Origin: Candidatus Poribacteria bacterium
GTDB taxonomy: Bacteria > Poribacteria > WGA-4E > WGA-3G
Assembly: GCA_965215265.1 (NCBI GenBank)
Contig: OZ244048.1
Span: 1,984,001-2,048,000 of the forward strand
DNA length: 64,000 nt
Direction of reading: 5' to 3'
The position numbers and the translations under genes were made by a program. Shown one piece after another: positions 29,177 to 39,717 of this stretch (position 1 is its first letter; each line of letters opens with the position of its first letter). The notes under the pieces are model-generated. The model searched no databases. It saw nothing but the letters and a program-made list of their open reading frames with translations, and was not told the origin of the DNA.

Positions 29177-29458
29177 GCAAAATTCCTCTTGCTAAAAAAG
29201 AAACACCCACACTCCAATCGCTACTATCAGCATATTAGCGGAAGTGATGGGCGTTCTATGATTTATGTTATCTGCGTCGTGTCAACCCACCACTGCATTA
29301 AAAACAGCACTAATAATCCAAATTCCGCCATTGCTTGTAAAAGCGTGGTAGGATTTCTCAGTATCTGCGGCGGGTATGCTTGTTCCCGCTATCTGTGTAG
29401 TGAGCGAGCGATAGAACATCGGGTTTTTCTCGACAAATTGGAATATATACCTCATAAC

Positions 29459-29487
29459 TATGATACCACACTTTATGCAGAAAGTCA
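29459..29487 (-). promoter_or_regulatory. Probable ileS promoter
   Basis: TTGACT-17 bp-TATCAT. Confidence 0.55.
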
Positions 29488-29653
29488 AATTTTTTGCTTC
29501 AACTGTCTGTGTATAGTTACCGATACATATTATCTATCGGACAATTTTCGTGAGAAGTCCGTTCACCAAAGAGTGGATGGGGAAAAGCAGCAACAGGTCA
29601 CTGTATTTTTAATTGACTATAGCGATGTTTCTTCTCGTGAAGGAACAAAACGT

Positions 29654-29682
29654 TTTACATTCCCTGAAATTTAGAGTATAAT
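29654..29682 (+). promoter_or_regulatory. sigma70 promoter of a structured RNA
   Basis: TTTACA-17 bp-TATAAT. Confidence 0.65.
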
Positions 29683-29690
29683 TAACCCAA

Positions 29691-29919
29691 GTTGCCTTTT
29701 ATGCAAAGAGCATTTTGATGTCGGTTGCTATATGGAGATGCTTTTAACCTGCACACATCGCGGACGTGACCGGGCATCAAAAAGGGTTCGACGAGATGCC
29801 CGGCCCCGGTGGCCTCAGAATGGCGTGCGGCAATCAGGGCGTTCGACCTGACATCGGCCTCAGACATTTTGCCTGAGGCTGAGCGTGAGATGCTCGTGAC
29901 AAAGTGTGTAAAAGGCTAC
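29691..29919 (+). ncRNA. Structured ~230-nt RNA, 6S RNA-like rod with central bubble
   Basis: GCCTTTTATGCA pairs with TGTGTAAAAGGC; GAGCATTTT/GAGATGCTC; GATGTCGGTTG/CGACCTGACATC; apical CCGGGCATC/GATGCCCGG; own promoter and terminator; no credible ORF. Confidence 0.6.
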
Positions 29920-29947
29920 CTTGGTAAAGTACCTAGGGGCTTCTTTT
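29913..29947 (+). terminator. Intrinsic terminator candidate after the ncRNA
   Basis: aggctaccttggta-aag-tacctaggggctt hairpin followed by ctttt. Confidence 0.5.
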
Positions 29948-30043
29948 GAGATTTTGGCGAAGTCAACGCTAAAGGCTATTCCGCTGGATTTGTAAGTAGC
30001 AACTTAGGTTATAATTAAAAAAAATGGAGAATATATTCATATT

Positions 30044-31450
30044 ATGGAACTTTACGAAGCCGTCAGTCCACTGGATTTTAGATACTACGGTGGCGATGAG
30101 GCGTTTATGAAACGTCTCTTGCCTTACGTCTCCGAAGCCGGGTATGTCAGGTATCAAGCCAAGGTGGAGGCGGCATTGGTCCGAACGTTGGCAAACTATG
30201 GCATCTGTTCGTCAGACATCGCCGATGAAGTTGAACAAGCAGTAGATACAGTCACCGCGGAGGAAGTCTACGAGGAACAGAGACGCATAAGACACAACAT
30301 CCGCTCGCTCGTTAATGTGATTCGGCAGAAAATCAGCCCTGGAGCACGCTCCTACGTTCACCTATTTGCCACCTCCGCGGACATCCTTGATACCGCCACG
30401 GCACTGCGGTTCAAAGCACTGACAGAAAACGTCATCATTCCAGACCTTATTGCGTTGGAGCAGCAGCTCATCGCGTTGGCACGGGAGCATGCAGAAACGG
30501 TGCAAATCGGACGAACGCACGGACAACACGCCGAACCCACGACGTTCGGATATGCGCTAGCGCTCTACGTCAGTCGCCTCGGAACCCGAATTGAGAAGAT
30601 TCACGAAGCAGGACAGAACCTCCGCGGGCAATTTTCAGGCGCAGTCGGCGCGTTTAACGGACTGTCCCTGATTGATGAGAACCCAGAGCAGATTGAGGCG
30701 GATTTTCTCGCCTTGCTCGGTTTGAAGCCATCCGACACACACACATCAACGCAGTGCGTCGAGCCCGAGTTTATCTCCGATCTGGCGTATTACGTCACGG
30801 CGGCTTACACTGTCCTTGCCAATTTCGCTGACGATATGCGCCACCTTTACCGCACGGAAATCGCTGAGGTCGGCAGAAAGTATAACCCACAGCTGGTCGG
30901 CTCATCGACGATGCCGCACAAGGTAAATCCAGAGACGTATGAGAATATCAAAAGTTTGTGGAAGGCTTATGTACCGCGCATGCAAACCGTTTTTATGGAT
31001 AGCATCCTCGAACATCAGCGCGACCTGACCAATTCTGCTTCTGGTCGCTTCCTGACAGAGCTCTTCACAGCGTTTGATTACGCGATCTATCGACTTCGCC
31101 GCGACTTGGACGAGATGGATGTCAGGAAGGATAACATGCAGCGGAACCTTGCCTTGAGCGCCGAGGATACGATCGCGGAGCCTATCTATCTCTTGATGGC
31201 GTACTATGGATTCCCGGATGCCTACGACCATACGCGTAAACTAATCGGGCAAGTGCATCAGACCGGTAAAAGCCTCACCGCATTGTTGTGGGAAGATGAG
31301 ACGTTAAGACCGTTTCTTGATAAATTGACGCAACCGCAGCGTGAGGCGCTCCGCGCCCCAATGAATTATATTGGGGCGGCTGTGCGGCGGACTTATGCTA
31401 CGTGTGACGAATGGGAAAAACGGATAGCAACTGTGGAAGCGATTTCCTAA
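30044..31450 (+). CDS. purB: Adenylosuccinate lyase
   Basis: SPLDFRY, GRTHGQHAEPTTFG, GSSTMPHKVNP, HQRDLTNS. Confidence 0.93.
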   Translation: MELYEAVSPLDFRYYGGDEAFMKRLLPYVSEAGYVRYQAKVEAALVRTLANYGICSSDIADEVEQAVDTVTAEEVYEEQRRIRHNIRSLVNVIRQKISPGARSYVHLFATSADILDTATALRFKALTENVIIPDLIALEQQLIALAREHAETVQIGRTHGQHAEPTTFGYALALYVSRLGTRIEKIHEAGQNLRGQFSGAVGAFNGLSLIDENPEQIEADFLALLGLKPSDTHTSTQCVEPEFISDLAYYVTAAYTVLANFADDMRHLYRTEIAEVGRKYNPQLVGSSTMPHKVNPETYENIKSLWKAYVPRMQTVFMDSILEHQRDLTNSASGRFLTELFTAFDYAIYRLRRDLDEMDVRKDNMQRNLALSAEDTIAEPIYLLMAYYGFPDAYDHTRKLIGQVHQTGKSLTALLWEDETLRPFLDKLTQPQREALRAPMNYIGAAVRRTYATCDEWEKRIATVEAIS

Positions 31451-31657
31451 TCGCCATGCAGCGAAAAAAGTTGGAGCCGGGCGATTTATCGCCTGTCAAC
31501 CGTTTATAGAGACGTGCAATAAATTACGAGCCCTTGCTGTTTTCAGAGACTCAACAACTTTAGCAGACTTTAGCACACTCTCTGTGAGTGAGAACAATCT
31601 GCTCATCTTGATGCCTCTGTTTTGGGAACTTACTCCTATAGGAAGGATCGTGCAAGC

Positions 31658-32953
31658 ATGTTTGATATCACCTATTTAGGACGGAGATGGTTCCGTTTCA
31701 TCAAACGCTACCCGCGTACGAGGATAACCGTTGGGTTTCTGTTCATATTTTTTTTCGGTATCTGGGTAGGTAGAACCGTGCAATTCGGTAAAATCGCCGA
31801 TTATGTCCGTTCTTTTTTTGATACAGAACAGAGTGATGTGACGCGATTGGTTAGACGTGGAATTGTGCATCGGCAGATAAAGCAGAAAGGCATGCTGACA
31901 AATATTCTGGCAGTCTCTCCGAATGCGGCTGACATCCGGCCGTATCGCGCGTTAAATGCCGGCATCGGCACAGAATCGTTAGTTTCCTTAGCTAGACGGC
32001 ATAAAGCACTCGTTGCTATAAATGGCGGATACTTTGAAATGGAAGGTCCCTTTCGCGGTGAATCCGTCGGTGCACTGAAAATTAACGGTGAATGGGTTAG
32101 TGAACCAGAGCAGGGAAGGGCAGTTATAGGATTCAGAGCAGTTGATGGCAAAACCGAGGCATATATCGACCGGGTTGCTCTCTGGATGGAACTGGTGCTG
32201 CCAAGTCAGAACCCCCTCATAATAGACGGTATCAATCGTAATCGTGGAAGAGACGAGTTGGTGCTTTACCGACCTTACTTTCATACGGTGACCTTGACAA
32301 TGCCCGATGGTGTTGAGGTTGTTGTCGAAAATGACCAGGTCGTCGGCATCTACGATAGGCAGGGCAGTCTGCACATTCCGTCTGATGGTTATGTGCTATC
32401 AGCAAGTGGAAAGCAGCGCACATCACTCTTGGCGGCAGTTGCTATTGGTGATAGGCTGCAAATTCGCAAGACGTTGATTCCCGAACGTGTTGGTAACAGC
32501 AGGTTGTGGGCGAGTTGTGAGCACATTATCGGTGGCGGTCCGCTGTTACTACGGAATGGCATCGCAACTCCGAGGCGGGCGTATGAGGTTGAAGGGTTTG
32601 ATAGGACGTTTCACAGTTTTTGGCATCCGCGCACTGCAATCGGTAGAAAGGCGGACGGCACGTTGCTTTTTGTGACAATAACGTCAACGGAGGCAGGTGT
32701 TCGACGCGGGGTGACGCTGCCAAAAATGACACAGTTATTTTTAGAATGGGGTGCGACGGACGCGCTCAATTTAGATGGCGGGGCTTCTTCTATGCTAATT
32801 ATTCAGGATGAGGTGGTGAGTGTCAAGCAGCACGACAAAAAGCAACGAGCTGGTGCACGCGCGAAACCAGCCCGTGGTAATCGTAGAATCCGCCCTTTAC
32901 CCAAGCAACAGGGCCGCGCGATTGCAGACGCACTCTTGATTTTTCCGCGTTAA
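31658..32953 (+). CDS. Phosphodiester glycosidase (NAGPA/DUF2233) family protein
   Basis: AINGGYF, GGGPLL, HPRTAIG, ALNLDGGAS; N-terminal TM. Confidence 0.88.
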   Translation: MFDITYLGRRWFRFIKRYPRTRITVGFLFIFFFGIWVGRTVQFGKIADYVRSFFDTEQSDVTRLVRRGIVHRQIKQKGMLTNILAVSPNAADIRPYRALNAGIGTESLVSLARRHKALVAINGGYFEMEGPFRGESVGALKINGEWVSEPEQGRAVIGFRAVDGKTEAYIDRVALWMELVLPSQNPLIIDGINRNRGRDELVLYRPYFHTVTLTMPDGVEVVVENDQVVGIYDRQGSLHIPSDGYVLSASGKQRTSLLAAVAIGDRLQIRKTLIPERVGNSRLWASCEHIIGGGPLLLRNGIATPRRAYEVEGFDRTFHSFWHPRTAIGRKADGTLLFVTITSTEAGVRRGVTLPKMTQLFLEWGATDALNLDGGASSMLIIQDEVVSVKQHDKKQRAGARAKPARGNRRIRPLPKQQGRAIADALLIFPR

Positions 32954-33073
32954 AAAGATTTCTTTTCCCATCATCCGATGTCTCTTTTTGATGATAAACG
33001 TTCGCGCCTATTCTCTCTATATACACACTAGGCCGGTTATGAGGCACGTTGGTACCGTCGACAAATTCGCAGA

Positions 33074-33466
33074 TTAACCTCTGTTCGACTCTGATACAGG
33101 CTTGACTTCAACCAGGGCGATCACCGGTGCTTGTAACAAATGCTGCACGGGTGACAAACTCACTAAAAAATCACACACTCCTGTCAATCCGTTTTTGGCA
33201 TCAACGCTCAAGTCAATGCCAAAAAAGAAACTAATACGCCGGTTTAAGTGCTCTCTCAGTTCAACGAGGACATTGGTGATAGTCAGTTCCGATTTTGCGT
33301 TCGCCGTATTTATGGCAGCGGCTAACGGGACATTTATCTCTAACGTTGTTAGGAGATATCCACTCGGCGTTACCGGTGCTGCTGGAGAAAAAAGATCTTC
33401 CGATTCAACGATTTCTAATTGAAACGTTGCCACGACCGTTTCTAAAGTCCAATTGCTATAAGTTAT
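33074..33466 (-). pseudogene. Truncated PD-(D/E)XK-like hypothetical gene
   Basis: Likely start codon reads ATA (ITYSNWTL...); LTGVCDFL...VEVK then an early stop. Confidence 0.55.
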
Positions 33467-33755
33467 GGAGGGACCTTCTCAGGAATTGAAGTTATATTCG
33501 GTGACTTTATTCTACAAAAATTGCGGGGAAAAAGCAAGAATTATCCACCGTGTCACATAGTTGTTTAGGTTTTTAATATAGTGCGTGATTTTGTCAATCT
33601 CGTGTTTCTCTTGAGATATTTTAAATCTGATAGAAGCACTGAATGAATTCCTCTGGATTGAAAAAAAAACAGTGGACATTTCTACGCAGAATATAGTAAA
33701 ATATTTTTTGAGACATTTGCCACAACGAAAGCAAGATACAAAGGGGGATGGTACA

Positions 33756-34691
33756 ATGCTAATCAATAGAAAACCACTATATGAAAAATCGCCGCGTTTG
33801 TCTCGGCCTTCTATCGGTGATATAAGTAAGAGCATCATCGCACAAACAGATGCCTCTCGCTTTAATCGACGACAATTTATCAAAGTGGCTGCAGGACTTG
33901 CTACCTCTGTTTTTGCAGGAGGAAGCTTGCTTCAAGCAGCGGAAGCTCAGTTCGGATTCCGTGAACATATCCCTTATGATGCGGTTCGTGATATTCACTA
34001 CGGGACCCGCTACGGTAGGATTGAACACCACTATCCGGAGATGAACCCAACCGGTGAGAAATTCACGTTTGTGCGTCTCAAGTACCCAGGCGGCGATTGG
34101 TATACGAATATCGTTAACTACTACCGCTGGCAGTCTGATCTGAAGTTTACGGAGGTGCTGGCAGCGAATACGACGATTGATGTTGAGGTTCGTGAACATC
34201 CGCAATACGTTGATATTGACGACCCTGGGCTCTATGCGTATCCGTTTCTCTTCATGACAGGGCACCGTGGCATTCGGCTTTCTGATGAACAGGTACGCAA
34301 GTTCAGAGAATACTTTGAGCGCGGTGGATTCCTCCACATTGAGGATTGTGATATTCGTCTTAACAACGGTAGAGGCGGTCTGAAGCCGCACATCTATGAG
34401 ATGGTACGCCGGATTTTTCCCGAAAAGAAGTTTGAACGACTTGACACCAGCCATCCGATTTATCACACGCTCTATGCGCACGATGAGTATATGGGGGGAG
34501 ATAAGCGCATCCCTGGACTGTCCGATGCTGATGAGGCAATCATGGAAAATGACCGGATAATGGTCTACTTCTCCCCCAGTGACCTGAATTGTGCATGGGA
34601 AGGTAGGCCCTGTAGCCCTGGTGGTGAGGAACAGCGGGGCTGGGCGTTTGAGCAGGGGATGAATGTCGTCGCGTACGCCCTCACACGGTAA
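33756..34691 (+). CDS. DUF4159-domain protein with twin-arginine signal
   Basis: RRQFIK Tat motif; FTFVRLKY, YPFLFMTGH, RGGFLHIED, HPIYH, GMNVVAYAL. Confidence 0.85.
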   Translation: MLINRKPLYEKSPRLSRPSIGDISKSIIAQTDASRFNRRQFIKVAAGLATSVFAGGSLLQAAEAQFGFREHIPYDAVRDIHYGTRYGRIEHHYPEMNPTGEKFTFVRLKYPGGDWYTNIVNYYRWQSDLKFTEVLAANTTIDVEVREHPQYVDIDDPGLYAYPFLFMTGHRGIRLSDEQVRKFREYFERGGFLHIEDCDIRLNNGRGGLKPHIYEMVRRIFPEKKFERLDTSHPIYHTLYAHDEYMGGDKRIPGLSDADEAIMENDRIMVYFSPSDLNCAWEGRPCSPGGEEQRGWAFEQGMNVVAYALTR

Positions 34692-34754
34692 ATTTAACAA
34701 GTCTATCGGTTGTCGGTTATTAACTGGCACCTGAAAACGAACAAGAGGAAAACC

Positions 34755-36638
34755 ATGAAAAGGATTTTTAGTTCGACTTGCAAGCTACACCAAAAATGTA
34801 CGTTGTTTTGTTTCGTAATTGTGCTCATCGTTCTCGCCCAGTATGCTAACGCACAAGAACGATTCTCAGATGCTGTGGGTCCTGTTACCGTTCAAGAGAT
34901 GACGGCAACAACCCCTTTGGTAGTACCATATATTACATGGGGTGGGGAATCAGCACTTTTCCATGCCAATGGAGGGGTAACGACTCGTCCCGGTACAATT
35001 ATGGCGGAACTCGGCATGAATCTCAAATTAGTGCAAGGTGACAACTTTCAGCAGCAGGTACGTGACTATCTCTCAGGTAAATCTCCGTTCCTGCGTGGCA
35101 CGTTTAGAATGATAGCACAAGCAAGCGAAGCCGTCGGGAGAGATGCGCGTACAAAACCGGTCGTTTTTGGGCAGCTCACCTGGTCGGCAGGTGACCATTT
35201 CGTCGGACGTTCTAATATCCGGAAAATCTCTAACCTCCGGGGCAAAAAACTCGCTATCCAAAAAGGTGGACCGCACGTAGGGATGCTTTATGATATGTTG
35301 AAGACTGCTCGACTTTCGAAGTCACAGGTGGAAATCGTCTGGGTGGATGAATTAACAGGTGTTAATGGACCTGCAGAACGTTTCCGAAACGACGCAACTA
35401 TCGCAGGCTGTTTTGTGATTACACCCGATATGATCGGCTTAACAGGTGGTCCTGAGAACACCGGCACAGGGGCTGAAGGAACCGTCAAAGGCGCGCATGT
35501 TGTCGTTAGTACCGCGACACTCTCTCGTTCTATTGCGGATGTCTACGTCTGCCGTAAAGATTTCTACACCGCTTACAAACCGCTTGTTGAACGATTCTTT
35601 GCCGGTTATCTGAAGGGAGCCGAAGAGGTAGTGGCTCTTAAGAAAGCCTACGAAACGAGCGGCTCCCCAAAATACACACAGCTCCTGACGATGATGCAAA
35701 ACATCTACGGTAAAGAAGTATTACCGACCCTTGAGGAGGATGCCCACGGTTTAATTGCAGATTGCACGTTCGTTGGGCAACCGGGAAATATCGCTTTCTT
35801 CAACGACCCGAGGAACACCATTACCGGTTTTGAAGGCTTCAATAAAGCAGGATTGGATATGGCAATGAATTGGGGGTTTGCAACGCAAAGATATGCTTTG
35901 ATTCCTTCCGACTTAGACTTTAACTCACCAACTTTTAAGAACCTGCTCACTACAACTGTGACGGCTCCTACGCAATTGAAAGCAACACGTTTCAAAAAAG
36001 AGACAGTACGGGCTGAAATTGAATCGTTTAATGAGGACGCAGTGCTCGACGAAAAGACCCTCATTTCCTTCACAATTCAATTTGATGCGAACCAAGGCAC
36101 CTTTAGTGATGCTAAATATAAAGAAGAATTTGATAGAGTTGTAGAACTCGCATCTAAATATGGGAATGCTGCTATTGCGATCAAGGGACACAGCGATCCC
36201 TCTCGAACATTGAGCGTATTAGTAAAAACGGGGCTCCAAACAGGTATTTTGAGACGGACAGGCACGCGAGGCAGCTACAAATATTTTATGGACGGTAAGC
36301 CCTTTAGTTTGGAAGATACTGCGAACTTGATTCGTCTGATTCAGCAGAAGAAGTTCGATGATGGCACCAACGTTGAAAGTCCCTATCAAGTGATGCGGGC
36401 CGCGCTTAAACTTTCCGAGCAGCGTGGGCAAGCAGTCAAACAGTCTATTATCACCTATGCACAGCGCAAAAATGCACGGATTGATCCAGACCAGATTGTA
36501 CCAGTTGGCGTCGGAATTAAGGACCCTGTTATTGCAAAACCGACTAGCCCGCAAGAAGCAGCAGAAAACCGACGCGTTGAATTCGCAGTTATTAAAGTTT
36601 CAGCAGAAGCTGTTGCTGTATCTGATTTTGATTTTTAG
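34755..36638 (+). CDS. NMT1/SsuA-like solute-binding protein fused to OmpA-like domain
   Basis: Signal peptide; WSAGDH and SIADVY SBP segments; FDANQ, KGHSD, LSEQR, ENRRVEF OmpA motifs. Confidence 0.82.
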   Translation: MKRIFSSTCKLHQKCTLFCFVIVLIVLAQYANAQERFSDAVGPVTVQEMTATTPLVVPYITWGGESALFHANGGVTTRPGTIMAELGMNLKLVQGDNFQQQVRDYLSGKSPFLRGTFRMIAQASEAVGRDARTKPVVFGQLTWSAGDHFVGRSNIRKISNLRGKKLAIQKGGPHVGMLYDMLKTARLSKSQVEIVWVDELTGVNGPAERFRNDATIAGCFVITPDMIGLTGGPENTGTGAEGTVKGAHVVVSTATLSRSIADVYVCRKDFYTAYKPLVERFFAGYLKGAEEVVALKKAYETSGSPKYTQLLTMMQNIYGKEVLPTLEEDAHGLIADCTFVGQPGNIAFFNDPRNTITGFEGFNKAGLDMAMNWGFATQRYALIPSDLDFNSPTFKNLLTTTVTAPTQLKATRFKKETVRAEIESFNEDAVLDEKTLISFTIQFDANQGTFSDAKYKEEFDRVVELASKYGNAAIAIKGHSDPSRTLSVLVKTGLQTGILRRTGTRGSYKYFMDGKPFSLEDTANLIRLIQQKKFDDGTNVESPYQVMRAALKLSEQRGQAVKQSIITYAQRKNARIDPDQIVPVGVGIKDPVIAKPTSPQEAAENRRVEFAVIKVSAEAVAVSDFDF

Positions 36639-36643
36639 CCGGA

Positions 36644-36764
36644 ATAGCAGTGGCAGGGTTCGGTTTTCTTTATCTCTCCTTTCAGGAGAGATAAGTGGCG
36701 AGATAGGTATCTTTCTCTGTCCTTCAGGATAGACAAGATTACCTTTTACTCGCCACCCACTGGG
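36644..36764. repeat. Palindromic repeat family I (GTGGCAGG...TCCTTCAGGA...GCCAC), copy 1
   Basis: Shares ends TAGCAGTGGC / GCCACCCACTGGG and core with 39460-39560 and 40625-40755. Confidence 0.75.
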
Positions 36765-36853
36765 GTCGGCGATCAGTTATCAGAAAAAGAAGCGCCTCTT
36801 AAGCGAAACCCATTATTGACTGTTTTTGATGGTTTCCAATAACTGACTGTTCC

Positions 36854-37813
36854 ATGACAGAGATAGGTCTTTTTATGAAATATATTACGGCAGCCGGATC
36901 CAGCATGCAATTTATTTACCTACTGAGTCTGATGGCTTTTGGTCTCCAGATTTGCAGTGCTGACGACAACATTCATAAAGATAACATTGTTGTGATTCTC
37001 GATGCCTCCGGTTCAATGCAGGATAAGTTTAGTGGAGACAGGACGAAATCGAAAATGGAAGCAGCAAAAGCAGCACTACAAGAAGTGCTAGCGAAAGTGC
37101 CTGACAACACCCAGATCGGATTGCTGGTGTTTAGTGGTGCCAATGTCCAAAACGAATGGGTGTACCCGTTAGGGCCCAAGGACATTCAAAAACTGATAGC
37201 GGCCATCCATTTACCACAACCTAGCGGGAACACACCGTTGGGGAAATACATCCGAATCGGGGCAAATCGTCTCCTTGAACAACGCGAAAAACAGTTCAGC
37301 TACGGAAACTATCAGTTGTTAGTTGTTACAGATGGCGAGGCTTCAGATGCTGACAAAGTTAAACATTACACACCTGAAATCCTCAATCGGCAGATTCGCA
37401 TTGATGTTATCGGGGTTGATATGAAGACAGATCACATGTTGGCAAATGTGGTGGATAGTTACCGAAAGGCAGATGATCCGGGGGAGTTGGTAGCGGCGGT
37501 GTCGGCGATCCTTGCGGAGACCGGCGATACAAGCACAGATGTTGGCAGCGAGGATGCTTTTGAATACATTGCGCCGCTTTCATCGGAAATTGCTGCCGAT
37601 TTGATTCAGCGGCTCACAACGCCTCCAAGCAATACTGAAATTGCAGTAAAGTCGAAGGAGTCGACACCATTACCACCGACAACACCGAGAAAAGTGCCGG
37701 CACCAGATCTACAGGGTACTGACTCAGACCCTGGACAAACTACGCTATGGTTTATAATACTTCTGGTTGTGCTTTCTGTTATAGGGTTCTTGGTTTTCAG
37801 AAATAGGAACTAG
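36854..37813 (+). CDS. von Willebrand factor A domain protein with C-terminal membrane anchor
   Basis: MIDAS DASGSM, NTPL, VTDG; Pro/Thr linker, TM, basic tail; start uncertain. Confidence 0.88.
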   Translation: MTEIGLFMKYITAAGSSMQFIYLLSLMAFGLQICSADDNIHKDNIVVILDASGSMQDKFSGDRTKSKMEAAKAALQEVLAKVPDNTQIGLLVFSGANVQNEWVYPLGPKDIQKLIAAIHLPQPSGNTPLGKYIRIGANRLLEQREKQFSYGNYQLLVVTDGEASDADKVKHYTPEILNRQIRIDVIGVDMKTDHMLANVVDSYRKADDPGELVAAVSAILAETGDTSTDVGSEDAFEYIAPLSSEIAADLIQRLTTPPSNTEIAVKSKESTPLPPTTPRKVPAPDLQGTDSDPGQTTLWFIILLVVLSVIGFLVFRNRN

Positions 37814-37818
37814 GAGCT

Positions 37819-39414
37819 ATGGACGCTGTTAAGAAAAAGCGCATAATCATCATGGTAGCAAGCTGGCTCATTATCATCGGGGTAGCCGGACTCGTTTATA
37901 AGTTCGTCGTTGAACCGTGGATACGCGACGACCTTGTTAAAGAGACGAGTACCCAACGTTACGCACATACTATCAAGGTGGCACACGACTCGTTTCCGGG
38001 GTATGCAATACTCCGTTCTGCTGCTGTTCAGAATCTGCTGGATCGTCAAGGGATTAAACTCACGTTCGTTGATGATAAGGCGGATTACGTCGGGAGGATA
38101 CGCGCGCTGAAAAGTGGTAAGGTTCAGATGGCAGTATTTACTATTGATGCTTATCTCAAGGCAGGTAGCGTTATCGGTGAGTTCCCGGGTTCGATCGTCC
38201 TCGTGATCGATGAATCTAAAGGGGCTGATGCTATTGTTGCGTATAAGCGAGGCGTACCGCGAATACCGAGTTTGAGCAATCCGCAGGCGCGGATCGTACT
38301 GACCCCGGATTCGCCGAGTGAAACGCTTGCCCGAATCATGATCAACAAGATGAGCCTACCAAGTCTGCCCTCTTCGTGGGCGGTCGAGACAAACGGGGCT
38401 GAAGATGCCTATAAGAAACTCAAGTCCGCTGATCCGGATCAGCCGTATGCCTATGTCATCTGGGAACCTTACGTGACGAAAGCACTCGCTATAGAAGGCG
38501 TGCATCTGCTGCTAGATAGTTCAAAACTCAAAGGTTATATCGTTGATGTACTGGTAGTTCAGCGCGAATTTTTGGATTCACAACGTGAGCTCGTCGTGCA
38601 CGTTGTCCAAGCGTATCTCCGCGCGAACTATGATTACAATAACCAACCTGATGGGTTAGCCTCCTTGATTCAGGCGGATGCAAAGCAGTATGGTGACTCG
38701 CTTAATCGCAATGAGACGGATAAATTGGTCAAAGGAATTGAATGGCGTAACACAGTTGAGAATTACGCCCATTTCGGTATAATTTCCTCTGAACAGGCCA
38801 AAGGTAGCGAGCGCTTGGAGGCGATGATTGCTAAAATTGTGCAGGTACTGGTGCAGACGAATTCAATCCCCGTGCAACCCGTGTCAGGAAATTACGAGGA
38901 ACTCTTCTTTGAGGGTATTTTGCGATCACTTCACCACGATAAGTTTCACCCCGGTATTTTAAACGCAAGCGGGGCTGATGGGTTAGATAATATCTTCGTT
39001 GAATCAACACCTATGGAACAGGTTAGAGAAGAGGCATCACTCAATCCCCTTTCAGATACAAATTGGAATGCACTTGCACCTGTCGCGGCGATGAAAGTAG
39101 AACCAATCCAATTCGGACGCGGGAATGCCCGGATTCTTCCAAACAGTGAACGTGCATTGAAAGAACTCGCTGCAAATCTGAAATCGTTCCCCCAGTACTA
39201 TCTCAGAGTGGTAGGGCATACGCGTCAGGAGGGAGATCCGGCAGCAAATCAGATCCTCGCCTTACAACGTGCTGAGGCCGCAGCAGAATCTCTGAGGCGT
39301 TTCGGTATTGCAAACCACCGTATCCGTGCCATGGCAAGCAACGAAACCTCCACCCAGATGCGCGGGGCAGCAGCACAAAGCGTTACATTTGAGCTCCTCG
39401 GAAAACCGTATTAG
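37819..39414 (+). CDS. Membrane-anchored NMT1-like solute-binding protein fused to degenerate OmpA-like domain
   Basis: N-terminal TM; DSFPGY, IDESKGADAIV, WEPYV, IVDVLV; IQFGRG...VVGHTR...LALQRAE. Confidence 0.82.
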   Translation: MDAVKKKRIIIMVASWLIIIGVAGLVYKFVVEPWIRDDLVKETSTQRYAHTIKVAHDSFPGYAILRSAAVQNLLDRQGIKLTFVDDKADYVGRIRALKSGKVQMAVFTIDAYLKAGSVIGEFPGSIVLVIDESKGADAIVAYKRGVPRIPSLSNPQARIVLTPDSPSETLARIMINKMSLPSLPSSWAVETNGAEDAYKKLKSADPDQPYAYVIWEPYVTKALAIEGVHLLLDSSKLKGYIVDVLVVQREFLDSQRELVVHVVQAYLRANYDYNNQPDGLASLIQADAKQYGDSLNRNETDKLVKGIEWRNTVENYAHFGIISSEQAKGSERLEAMIAKIVQVLVQTNSIPVQPVSGNYEELFFEGILRSLHHDKFHPGILNASGADGLDNIFVESTPMEQVREEASLNPLSDTNWNALAPVAAMKVEPIQFGRGNARILPNSERALKELAANLKSFPQYYLRVVGHTRQEGDPAANQILALQRAEAAAESLRRFGIANHRIRAMASNETSTQMRGAAAQSVTFELLGKPY

Positions 39415-39428
39415 GAACGGTTTTAACC

Positions 39429-39708
39429 GTTTTCGTCTATAGGAGCCCAATAAAGGCTGCCCAGTGGGTGGCAGGTAAAAGGTTGGCAGGTTTGGCAGGG
39501 TCCGGTTTTCTTTATCCTCTCCTTCAGGACAGATAAAGACTACCTATCCTGCCACTGCTATATTAAAACCCTTACAAATCTCGTCGGAGGGTTCTGATGT
39601 TTTGAATCAAAGCATAAACGGCTTAGGCATAGCATAAGAGGGCTCTGGCGAGGTTTCTAAGGGACTTATCAAAGCATCAGGTGTTATAGGGCTGAAATAT
39701 ACGAAAAA
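39429..39708. repeat. Long palindromic repeat family II, copy 1 (left arm interrupted by a family I element)
   Basis: Arms CGAG-N18-AAAGCATCAG-N8-GGGCT-N4-TA(T/G)ACGAAAA back to back around an ATGTTTTGAATCAAAGCAT centre. Confidence 0.7.
39460..39560. repeat. Palindromic repeat family I, copy 2
   Basis: CCCAGTGGGTGGC...TCCTTCAGGACAGA...CCTGCCACTGCTA. Confidence 0.75.
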
Positions 39709-39717
39709 CGAAAACAT

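Noticed and set aside
29180-29450. T-box riboswitch or leader peptide upstream of ileS
   Set aside because: No T-box antiterminator consensus (TGGnACC) or terminator seen; the small ORF has no Ile-rich run typical of attenuators
29153-29674. 173-aa plus-strand ORF
   Set aside because: Overlaps the ileS start and divergent promoters; composition not protein-like
29691-29919. tmRNA or SRP identity for the structured RNA
   Set aside because: GGGTTCGAC resembles the tmRNA 5' region, but there is no T-arm/CCA end or tag ORF, and no SRP GNRA/AGCAG motif
33777-34730. 317-aa antisense ORF
   Set aside because: Lies opposite the well-supported DUF4159 gene and has no motifs
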